Below are positions 55,836-64,000 of a DNA stretch of 64,000 nucleotides, one piece after another. Position 1 is the first letter of the stretch, and every line of letters begins with the position of its first letter. The stretch lies in the NCBI GenBank assembly GCA_965237955.1, contig OZ250169.1, forward strand, positions 4,352,001-4,416,000. The letters are read 5' to 3'. The translations under genes were made by a program, and so were the position numbers. Source of the stretch: Candidatus Marinacidobacterales bacterium. GTDB taxonomy: Bacteria > Acidobacteriota > Vicinamibacteria > Marinacidobacterales > SMYC01. The notes under the pieces are model-generated. The model was not told the origin of the DNA and searched no databases. It was given only the letters and a program-made list of their open reading frames with translations.

Positions 55836-58382
55836 TTGCGTCGACTCCGGCGCCTCGCACCGCTTGTTGCTCTCGTCGTCCTCCCGTTCGCGTTGCACTG
55901 GAAGCTCTTCGCGCTCGATCCCGGAGACCGCAAGATCTTTCGCGGCGATTTCCTGAACCAACATTTCGTGTGGAAGAGCTATGCGCTCTCTCGAGTGGCG
56001 TCCGGCGAGCTCCCGCTGTGGAACCCCCATGTTCTAGGCGGCGTCGCCATCCACGCCAACCCGCAGGTCGCGATCTTCTACCCGCCGACGTATCTCCTCC
56101 TGCCGTTCCAAGTCGATGGCCGCGTGAACTACATCGCTCTCGAGGCGTACCAGCTCGGCCACCAGGTATTCGCCGGCCTCGGCATGTGGCTTCTCATGCG
56201 TTCGTTCGGCGTTTCCACTCTGGGCGCGTTCTTCGCCGCACTCGTTTACACGTTCACCGGGTTCTTCACGACACCGGGGCACCATGCCATCGTCCTCACC
56301 GCTAGTTGGATTCCGTGGACGCTGTACGCAGTCAAAAAGGCGATGCTCGGGACAGGCACCGTTTCCATCGGGGTGGCATCCCTCACCCTCGCCGGGATGA
56401 TTCTCGCGGGGCACCCGCAAGTCGCCTACTACGGAATCGTACTCGCGAGTACTTTCGCGCTCGCCACCGGCGGCTTCAAGAGAACGTTGACGCGATTCGC
56501 TCCCGCAGCGGTGTTGGCCGTGGGCATCAGCGCCGTCCAACTTCTCCCGACGTATCAGCTCGCCGCTGACTCCTCCCGGGCGGAGCTCGGCTACGAGTAC
56601 TCGTCATCGTTCGCGTTTTCACCGTACTTTCTTGCGTCGGCGTTCGTTCCGCGTGGACAAGTCGGACTCCCCGGCCAGATCGATGCGGCGCCGCTGCATT
56701 TCTACGTAGGCATCGGAACGCTCCTACTCGCCGCTATCGGTCTCACGCTCGCGCGCGAGCGATGGCGCTTGTTCTTTGCCGCATCCGCTCTCGTTGCACT
56801 CTTTCTTTCGTTCGGGCGCGACTCACCGCTGTTCGACTGGTTCTACGCCGGCGTTCCCGGTTTCGAGAAGTTCCGCGTTCCCTACCGCCTTCTCGGCGTC
56901 TACACGTTGGGGATGGCGGTATTGGCGGGGCTCGGTGTTCAAGTGCTCGAAGACAGAAGCCGCAAGACCCGGGTGCGTCTACGGGGAATCCTCAAAACGG
57001 CGTGGGTCACGCTCGCGCTCTTAGCCGCGTGGGCAGCTTACCTTCACACTCGGGTCGTGCAGCCGGGTGCGTTGGAGCCTGCGCAAATGGAGCGGCTCGT
57101 CGGCGGCGCGTACTGGGCGGTTCTTCTGGGCACGCTGAACGTCGTCTTGCTCGTCATGGTGTTGTGGCGTCCCAAGGAACGCTGGGTCATTCCCATGATC
57201 GCCGTCGTCGCCGTTTTTGATCTCGGTGCGTTCGTAAAGGATCGCGGCGAGCGTCCGTACCGAAGCCTTGCCCGCGCGCAAGAGCGAGCGGTGCACCGCA
57301 TCGTTCGCGCTCAAGGTTACCGGAGCCGCTACGTTTCCGAGTCTAACCTCGAGAACTACGCGATGATCCACGGCGTAGACTTCGCGGGAGGCCATGCCGC
57401 GCTAATAGACGCGCGCTATGCCGAGCTTCTCGATTTGAGTCACTCGAGCGCCAACGCGCTCGCTCTCCTCAACGCCAAGTTCATCGCACGCGGCGCCGCT
57501 GCGACGAACTATCCATGGTGCGGTGCACGTTTCGCGTCACCGCGCCCGCTTCTCGACATTTCTCCCGAGATCGCGCCCGCTAAGATTCGGCTGATCCCGG
57601 CGGTAACGGCGTCGAGCTTTCGGCTCGACTGGCAACCACTCGATGGATCCGCGCTCGGTGAAGTCGAGCTACGCGGTGTCCGGCACCGTCTCGAACCGGA
57701 TCGTCCGCTCGATGTGCGCTTCGACGAGCCCACGCTCATCGATAGCTTCACCGTCCGGGTCGATCCCGGAAGCGGCGGTGTCCGGCTCGACGCGATCGAA
57801 GTCGACCTCAACCCGCTCGGGCTCAAGGCCGACTTCCTTTCCCTGGACAACGTGAACGTGAAAATCAACTTGCACGCCTTGCCGCGCACGTACTTTACCG
57901 TGCCGTCGCCGGTCCCGAACGAGCTTCAGACCCTCGAGAGCCTCGAGTGCTGGAGCGTGCACCAAGGAGTTCAAGTCCAGAATCCCGAGACCGGCGAAGG
58001 CGCGTCGGGCTTTTTCCGCAAGAACGCCGCCGAGCTCACGCGCTACGAGCCCGAGCTCGTCGAGCTCGAGACGAGCTCGCCGCGGGATGGCTTTGCGGTG
58101 CTTACCGATACGTTCCGCCCCGGCTGGGTCGCGGAGGTCGATGGCGTGGCAAGTCCGGTCTTGCGGGCTCAGTGGGCGATGCGCGCGGTGGCGGTGCCGG
58201 CGGGCGAGCACGTCGTAACGTTCCGCTATCAGCCTCCGTCGCTCCGAACCGGAGCTGCCACGACTGCAGCGTCCTCGTTCATCACGTTAGGCCTCCTGGC
58301 TTTTCCCTGGTTTCCTTGGCGGCCCAGAAAACACGGGCAAGACGGCCCGCCACCGGACGATGACTTCGTCCACGAACGTTGA
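55836..58382 (+). CDS. YfhO-family membrane protein (GT-C glycosyltransferase-like)
   Basis: GELPLWNPH..G, AGHPQ, FRVPYR, PGWVAEVDG..RAVAVPAGEHVV. Confidence 0.85.
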   Translation: MRRLRRLAPLVALVVLPFALHWKLFALDPGDRKIFRGDFLNQHFVWKSYALSRVASGELPLWNPHVLGGVAIHANPQVAIFYPPTYLLLPFQVDGRVNYIALEAYQLGHQVFAGLGMWLLMRSFGVSTLGAFFAALVYTFTGFFTTPGHHAIVLTASWIPWTLYAVKKAMLGTGTVSIGVASLTLAGMILAGHPQVAYYGIVLASTFALATGGFKRTLTRFAPAAVLAVGISAVQLLPTYQLAADSSRAELGYEYSSSFAFSPYFLASAFVPRGQVGLPGQIDAAPLHFYVGIGTLLLAAIGLTLARERWRLFFAASALVALFLSFGRDSPLFDWFYAGVPGFEKFRVPYRLLGVYTLGMAVLAGLGVQVLEDRSRKTRVRLRGILKTAWVTLALLAAWAAYLHTRVVQPGALEPAQMERLVGGAYWAVLLGTLNVVLLVMVLWRPKERWVIPMIAVVAVFDLGAFVKDRGERPYRSLARAQERAVHRIVRAQGYRSRYVSESNLENYAMIHGVDFAGGHAALIDARYAELLDLSHSSANALALLNAKFIARGAAATNYPWCGARFASPRPLLDISPEIAPAKIRLIPAVTASSFRLDWQPLDGSALGEVELRGVRHRLEPDRPLDVRFDEPTLIDSFTVRVDPGSGGVRLDAIEVDLNPLGLKADFLSLDNVNVKINLHALPRTYFTVPSPVPNELQTLESLECWSVHQGVQVQNPETGEGASGFFRKNAAELTRYEPELVELETSSPRDGFAVLTDTFRPGWVAEVDGVASPVLRAQWAMRAVAVPAGEHVVTFRYQPPSLRTGAATTAASSFITLGLLAFPWFPWRPRKHGQDGPPPDDDFVHER

Positions 58383-58415
58383 CGCCGTGCCCACGTCGAG
58401 AGATCGGTAAGAGCG

Positions 58416-58475
58416 GCAGAAAGGCAGGAAGGCAGGAAAAAGACCTGGCGTTTCTGCTCTTCCCGAGTTCCCGTG
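58416..58475. repeat. Degenerate 8-bp-unit (GCAGGAAG) hairpin repeat
   Basis: GCAGAAAG GCAGGAAG GCAGGAAA, then partly complementary TTCTGC and TTCCCG units. Confidence 0.45.
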
Positions 58476-58618
58476 CTCCAAACTGCTCGGTGCCCGGCTT
58501 CCTGGCCTGGGGGGTTGATCCCTCGAAACGACAAAAAGCGTCACCTGAAGGCCGTTTCATTTCTTAACGTTTTTCTTCCGCTAGACCTTTGTTTACAACA
58601 CTTAACGGCCGAGCAGGA

Positions 58619-58635
58619 CTGGTCCGGATATTGCT
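58619..58635 (+). promoter_or_regulatory. Probable sigma54 promoter
   Basis: CTGGTCCGGATATTGCT (GG-N10-GC) about 30 bp before the HEAT gene, with an AT-rich IHF-like tract upstream. Confidence 0.55.
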
Positions 58636-58665
58636 AGTTTTACCGCCGGAGGATTCCCCCTCAAA

Positions 58666-60408
58666 TTGGCCACCGAGAAAGCACTGTCAGAACGACTCGT
58701 TCCCGAAGGGTCCGAAGCGCCCGAAGCTCCGGAGGTCGCACGTCAGGCCGCGGTTCGCGAGCTGATGCGCTTGCTCGTGAAAGCACAGAAGGCGCAGCGG
58801 CTCTATGACCGCAAGAACGCGATCTCAGAGAAACTCGAGACGGACCTCTTCAATCGCTTGTCGCACTTCCTCGAGAGCGATGGCGCCATCAATCTGGTCG
58901 TGCTCGAGTTCCACCTCAAGTTCGAGGACGACGTTGTCTACGACAGCCAGGACCGAAATGACAGCCTCGCGTTCCTGCTCTACCGCGACGGGGTACGACG
59001 TCTGAGTTTTCATCCCGGGCTCGAGCCCGAAGAGCTGCAAGCGTTCCTGACCTGTCTCAATCGGGTAGCGGTGCTCGCAAACGAACAGGACGATCTGGTG
59101 ACGCTTTTTTGGGAGCAAGATTTCCATGGGATCCGCTACTTCGCCATCGAGGAGCTCTCGACCGGCGATACCTACCCCCGCCTGGAGGAACAGCTCGCGA
59201 CCGAAGATCTCTCGTGCGAAGGCGCCGAAGGTCGAGCCGAAGGCGTCAGCCTCGATCTCGAGCAGCCGGTAAGCACCGTTCCCGTCGAGGCGTGCCGCCT
59301 CGATGACGCCGAGCTCGAGGCACTACGAGCCGAGCTCGCAAGCGAAGTCGCGATGCCCTTCCAACACGTCGTGACCGAGCTTGCGATCGAGCTCACCTTC
59401 CTCGAAGAAAACGAAGACGAGAGAGCCGAGCTCATCAGAAACCTCGTCGCAATCAGCGATCGCCTCATCGCCGACGGAGATCTCGAAGAGCTCGCGGCGA
59501 TGGAAGAGCATCTGGACGGCCTCGCAACGATGGTCTTTCGCGACGACGAGCGCGTGAGAAACCTGGCGGCGACATTTCTGAAACACCTGTCGGAGCCGGC
59601 GAGAGTCGAAGCGTTTCTCGGTAAAGTCGATGAACATCACGCGCCCAAACCCGAGGTCCTCACCGCGTATCTCGCTCGGATGGGAAACGAATGCACGCCC
59701 ACGCTTCTGAAGTGGATGGGCCGGCTTTCTTCGTCAGCGTATCGACGCGCGGTGACGAACGCGCTTCTGGTCTCGGAGGACGGCGGGGTGGCCGCGCTCG
59801 CCGACAACCTTCCACTAGGCGCGCCGGGTGCGAGCCGGAACGAGCAGTTGGAGCATCGGCAGTTCGTCCGTGAGCTGCTACACGCGATATCGCAGCACCC
59901 GGGAGAGCGCGCGTTACCCGTGCTCGAGCGGATACTCCACGCCCACGATCCGGAGACACGCCGCGAGAGTTTCGTTGCCATCAGCCGCTATCCTGAGGAT
60001 AGCGTCGACGCGCTCTTGTTGGACCGGCTTTCGGACCGCGATCCGGAAATACGAGCCACCGCCCTCGATACTGTGGTACGTCGAGGTAAAAAGGAGCTCG
60101 GGCAGCAAGCGCTCAACCGCTTGCTCGGCACGAGCGGATTGGCGGAGCAGAGCTCCAACGAGAAGCGCCGCTTTTTTGCGGCCGTGGCGAAGTTGTGTGG
60201 CGAGTCGGTACTCGATCAGTTGGGTGGTGAGCTCACTGGCAAGGAAGATCGCTGGTTCACATCAAGGAAAGACAAAGAGCTCGCCGAAGCAGTGAGTCAC
60301 GGGATCCGAATGATCGGAACCGATGCCGCCCTCGCGTTCCTCGAACGCCTCGCCGGCGACGGAGCGCGCTTCGTGAAAGCCGCGTGCGCGAAGGAGCTCG
60401 GGCGATGA
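58666..60408 (+). CDS. HEAT-repeat protein
   Basis: C-terminal DPETRRE and DRDPEIRATA helical repeats. Confidence 0.78.
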   Translation: MATEKALSERLVPEGSEAPEAPEVARQAAVRELMRLLVKAQKAQRLYDRKNAISEKLETDLFNRLSHFLESDGAINLVVLEFHLKFEDDVVYDSQDRNDSLAFLLYRDGVRRLSFHPGLEPEELQAFLTCLNRVAVLANEQDDLVTLFWEQDFHGIRYFAIEELSTGDTYPRLEEQLATEDLSCEGAEGRAEGVSLDLEQPVSTVPVEACRLDDAELEALRAELASEVAMPFQHVVTELAIELTFLEENEDERAELIRNLVAISDRLIADGDLEELAAMEEHLDGLATMVFRDDERVRNLAATFLKHLSEPARVEAFLGKVDEHHAPKPEVLTAYLARMGNECTPTLLKWMGRLSSSAYRRAVTNALLVSEDGGVAALADNLPLGAPGASRNEQLEHRQFVRELLHAISQHPGERALPVLERILHAHDPETRRESFVAISRYPEDSVDALLLDRLSDRDPEIRATALDTVVRRGKKELGQQALNRLLGTSGLAEQSSNEKRRFFAAVAKLCGESVLDQLGGELTGKEDRWFTSRKDKELAEAVSHGIRMIGTDAALAFLERLAGDGARFVKAACAKELGR

Positions 60409-61889
60409 GCTTGGCTCTCGCCATGGAAACGTCGGCAACCGCCATGGATAGTCGCGTGTTCGTCGAGCGCTCGCGCGACGCGCTTCAGCAACTCGCGGTC
60501 CTCATCCGCAACTCCTATCTCCACGACCTCGGCAACCAGGTTTTCGAAGAGCCGCTAGCGAAGCTCGAACAAGTCCTCGGGCGCCTGCTCCAGGCCGAAG
60601 GGCGGTTTCGACTCGAGCGTGGAGGGGAAGAGTTCTTCGCCAACGGCGTGCGGCTGCGGATGGAGATCAGGACCCTACACGCTTACAAATACGTTCTGAC
60701 CGAGTTTCAAAAGCGCGACATGGGCGGGATCGCGTTCGAATCCAAGCCGACCGTCGCGACCCTGAGCGGACTCCTCGAGGTGCTGTCGCGCCACCGTGGC
60801 TCCGATGCGGATGACGAGTCGGCTCCGCACGGGCTCGCCGTGATCGACATCCTCAACGGGGCGCTCTCCGAGCGCGGCATCACCAGCATCAAGCTCCTCG
60901 ACCTTCGGGAGGAGACGCCGGTTCCTGACGACGAGGCTCGCGCCCCGGATCGGCGAGAACGTGCCGTGAACGCGTATCAACAAGCGCTCGATTTCATCCG
61001 CGACTCGATGCTAAGCATCGACTCGCCTGCTCAAGTCAACCTTAGAAAAGCCAAGCGGACCGTTCAAAAACTCGTCGATCTGAGTTACGAAGAAGGCGGT
61101 GGCTTCTCGCTCGCGGGAATGGCGTCGATCAAACAACACGACGACTATACCTTCAACCACATGGTGAACGTTTGCGTTCTCGCCATTGCCTTCGGTCAAC
61201 GCCTCGGTCTGAGGCGGCAAGATCTTGCGCAGCTCGGGCTGTGCGCGCTATATCACGACATGGGAAAGCTCCACATTCCCCTCGACGTTCTGAACAACCA
61301 CACCAATCTGTCCGAAAAAGAGTGGGCGGTGATGGGCAATCACACGGTGTTCGCCGCGCGAACCCTCTTTCCGCTGATCGAGATCGATCGGGGAACGGTG
61401 AACCGCATCCTCACCGCACTCCAACATCACCTCCGCTTCGATGGCACCGGCTATCCCCGGCTTCGTATTCGGACGACGCAGAGTCTCTACGCCCGGATTA
61501 CCGCGATCGTGGACACCTTCGACGCGATGACGACGAAGCGGATCTATCAACGCCAATATCTTCCCGACGAGGCGATTGCCCTCATGCACCGCTTCGCCGG
61601 TGAGCGCTACGACCCCCTTCTCGTCAAAGCGTTCGTCAACTGCATGGGAATCTATCCGATTGGCTCGACGGTCGCGCTCTCGACGGGAGAGCTCGCTGTC
61701 GTCGTCGAATCCAATCCCGACCCCGAACACATCCATCAACCCAAAGTTCGTATTGTGACGGACAACACCCGGCAAACGGTGCCGGCGCTTCTCGCCGATC
61801 TGTCCCATCCTGACCACAAGGGACGGGCGATCCGGCACTGCGTCGACCCGGAAAAGTACGGCTTCAACAGCGCACACTATGTCCTCTAG
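60405..61889 (+). CDS. HD-GYP cyclic-dinucleotide phosphodiesterase
   Basis: [37 protein letters not shown]-coupled to the HEAT gene. Confidence 0.9.
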   Translation: MSLALAMETSATAMDSRVFVERSRDALQQLAVLIRNSYLHDLGNQVFEEPLAKLEQVLGRLLQAEGRFRLERGGEEFFANGVRLRMEIRTLHAYKYVLTEFQKRDMGGIAFESKPTVATLSGLLEVLSRHRGSDADDESAPHGLAVIDILNGALSERGITSIKLLDLREETPVPDDEARAPDRRERAVNAYQQALDFIRDSMLSIDSPAQVNLRKAKRTVQKLVDLSYEEGGGFSLAGMASIKQHDDYTFNHMVNVCVLAIAFGQRLGLRRQDLAQLGLCALYHDMGKLHIPLDVLNNHTNLSEKEWAVMGNHTVFAARTLFPLIEIDRGTVNRILTALQHHLRFDGTGYPRLRIRTTQSLYARITAIVDTFDAMTTKRIYQRQYLPDEAIALMHRFAGERYDPLLVKAFVNCMGIYPIGSTVALSTGELAVVVESNPDPEHIHQPKVRIVTDNTRQTVPALLADLSHPDHKGRAIRHCVDPEKYGFNSAHYVL

Positions 61890-62207
61890 GAAGAAATCCT
61901 CATCGCAGTCGATCGACCGGCGCTCGCATCGTCCCATCCTATGGATTGGCGGCCGCGGGCTCCCGAGTGGATCGGTGGGCACGCAACTCGTTGCACTCGG
62001 GTATCCCCTTCACTGGGAGCCGCCGTCGATGAACGCGGCGCGCTCCGTGGCAACCCTGCACCCGGTGTTGGTCATCATCGGGTCGGAGAGGATCACCGAC
62101 TCGCTCAAGGGGTTCTTGTTCACCCTGTCGCAGCTCAGAACCACGATCGACATGGTCGTGTTTCAGGTGCGAAAGAGGGAGCCGCGACACGCAGTTTCCG
62201 GTGTCGA
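61879..62207 (+). pseudogene. Receiver-like protein truncated by the IS630 fragment
   Basis: Overlaps the HD-GYP stop. Its reading frame runs into IS630 sequence at VDDEKSQ. Confidence 0.4.
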
Positions 62208-62803
62208 CGACGAGAAATCGCAGATTCAAGCGCTCGAGCGTGCTCAACCTGTCCTGCCCATGAGCTTGGGCCAGCCCGAGCGACAAACCCACGACTACAT
62301 TCGGCATGGAACGACTGACCTGTTTGCCGCACTCGACGCCCAACAGGTGAAGTCTTCGGAAAGTGCTACGCGCGACATCGAGCGCTAGAGTTCAAGAAGT
62401 TCCTCGCTGAGATCGAAGCAGCCGTTCCCAGCGAGTTGGACATCCACGTCGTGCTCGACAATCTCGCCACGCACAAGACACCGGCGATCAAACGCTGGCT
62501 TTCCAAGCGACCTCGGTTCCACTTTCACTTCACACCGACACACGCCTCTTGGCTCAACTTCGCTGAGCGCTTCTTTGGCTTGCTCACCGAACACGCCTTG
62601 CGACGAGGCTCGCACACGAGCGTGCCTCAGCTCCGCCGTTGCGATACAAGACTATCTCGATGCTCACAACGAGAACCCAAAGCCGTTCAAGTGGACGAAA
62701 TCCGCCGACCAAATCCTCGAAACCATCGCTCGGTTCGCCCAGCGAACGCTCGATACACATGGCAAATCGAATTTGGACAGTAATTAAAGATCCAGGGGAC
62801 TAG
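62208..62803 (+). mobile_element. IS630 copy 3, 5'-truncated, with two 1-nt indels
   Basis: Matches the 3' half of copies 1 and 2 from CGACGAGAAATCG to the right-end CTAG. Confidence 0.92.
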
Positions 62804-62932
62804 TCCCCTGGATCTTTGATTACTATACAAAGTTAGGCTTTTCGCCAGCCCATAAGATTCATAAGATTCATGCACTTAGAATGGTTTCGGCAAGCTCTGC
62901 TTTGTCTAGTTTGTTCTGATACAGGGGACTAG
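62800..62932. mobile_element. 133-bp MITE, copy 2
   Basis: Same termini as 8960..9092, with 4 substitutions. Confidence 0.85.
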
Positions 62933-63146
62933 AGGTAAATGTTCGCGTAAGCCACTGCCAATATTAGCTTTACATGACTCGGCTCCCCGGACCCAACCAC
63001 GTTTGCGTCCGGCGTATTGCGCCGAATGGGAACAAGTCGGTGTTCCAGCGGAACAAGAACAAGGCGAAGCGCTGGTCGTCGGCGGCCCTGAAAGTTTGCC
63101 CCGTCGGAAAATTCGTACTAGCATCGACCAGGAGGACAACTACAAC

Positions 63147-63611
63147 GTGCGCTTTCGAACACCTATGGTTCTTCTAGCCATCGTCGCCGTAACCATCCTA
63201 TGGGGCTGCACCGGACGCACTACCCCAACGTTCCCCGATGCCGATTTCTTCGCGGGGGAAGGCTCGCCCTTCGTCCTTCGTCTGGGTGACACGGTCGCGG
63301 TCCAGACGCCGAGCACCACCGTCATCGTGCAAATGAGCGACGTGCTCGGGGATACTCGATGCCCCGAGAACGTCACGTGCGTCGAGGCGGGTCACGTCAC
63401 TCTCAGGCTCGCCGTCCAGACGGCGTTAGCCGTTCAGGACGTGGAGGTCGAGGTACCGCCCGAAGGAACGGTGCAAGTGATCGTCGAGGAGGTTACCGTC
63501 GACATCCTCGAAGTGCGCCCGGCTGCCCAAGAGGGCGTAACCATCGAGATACTCGACTACCAGTTCTTGATGAGCGTGGCCGAGACCGGCGACATCGGAA
63601 TCCCTCAATAG
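63147..63611 (+). CDS. Conserved hypothetical lipoprotein
   Basis: AGGAGG RBS, lipobox LWGC, DTRCP..CVEAG motif. Confidence 0.7.
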   Translation: MRFRTPMVLLAIVAVTILWGCTGRTTPTFPDADFFAGEGSPFVLRLGDTVAVQTPSTTVIVQMSDVLGDTRCPENVTCVEAGHVTLRLAVQTALAVQDVEVEVPPEGTVQVIVEEVTVDILEVRPAAQEGVTIEILDYQFLMSVAETGDIGIPQ

Positions 63612-63625
63612 CCGAGAAACGAACG

Positions 63626-64000
63626 TCAAGCTTCGACGACTTCGAGCGCGCGCTCGAGGGGGTCCCTGAGATCTTGGAGATCCTCGGCGCGGTGGCGCGC
63701 CCAACAGCCGACACGAACGAGGGTGGTCGGCGACGTGTCGACGTCGAGCAAAGCTTTCACGACTTCGATCGGCTTGAGCGAAGGTGCACTGCTCGATTCC
63801 GCGAGGTGCAGCTCCAGTACGAGCTCGTCAGGAGCCCCGCCCCAGAGCGCCGCGGTTTCGCCCGCGGCGGTGAGGGTCGCTCTGAGAACCACCGTCTTGG
63901 CATCGACCGAGCGTCGCTTGCCTTTCCTCGTTACGTCGACCGGCAAGCTGGGTGCCCGCTCGAACGCGTCCAAGCGAGCACCATAGCTCAACGCGTCAGG
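63626..64000 (-). CDS. C-terminus of a radical-SAM-linked DUF2344 (TIGR03936)-like protein, partial
   Basis: VTRKGKRRSVDAK..LKPIEVVKALL. Confidence 0.55.
   Translation of the reverse strand, partial: PDALSYGARLDAFERAPSLPVDVTRKGKRRSVDAKTVVLRATLTAAGETAALWGGAPDELVLELHLAESSSAPSLKPIEVVKALLDVDTSPTTLVRVGCWARHRAEDLQDLRDPLERALEVVEA

Overview
A GC-rich bacterial chromosomal window. The gene repertoire suggests an Acidobacteriota- or Myxococcota-like organism, but this is inference only. It mixes intact housekeeping genes (TIGR01777 epimerase, CinA-like, RluA, ApaG, MltB, Hsp20-Lon, UvrD, Xni, peptidases, MoxR, AIR synthase, YfhO, HEAT + HD-GYP) with a heavy load of mobile DNA. The mobile elements are three IS630 copies (two abutting a 133-bp cognate MITE), one IS21, two ISL3, two IS5/IS903-like copies, a ~235-bp IS607/TnpB remnant, and a 2565-bp IS1595 element with perfect 24-bp IRs and an 8-bp TSD. 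The IS1595 carries a BamHI-like methyltransferase, a restriction-nuclease-like gene and a small AT-hook ORF. The 15.9-31.7 kb region is an eroded, apparently sigma54-controlled stress and efflux island: about 7 universal stress protein genes or pieces, an SPFH pair, cfa and a K+ channel remnant, followed by a CDF transporter. Many of its genes survive only as start-plus-end skeletons with the middle deleted. Several single-base indels in homopolymer runs may be sequencing errors. No tRNA, rRNA or CRISPR array was seen. All family assignments come from motif recognition by eye, not from database searches.
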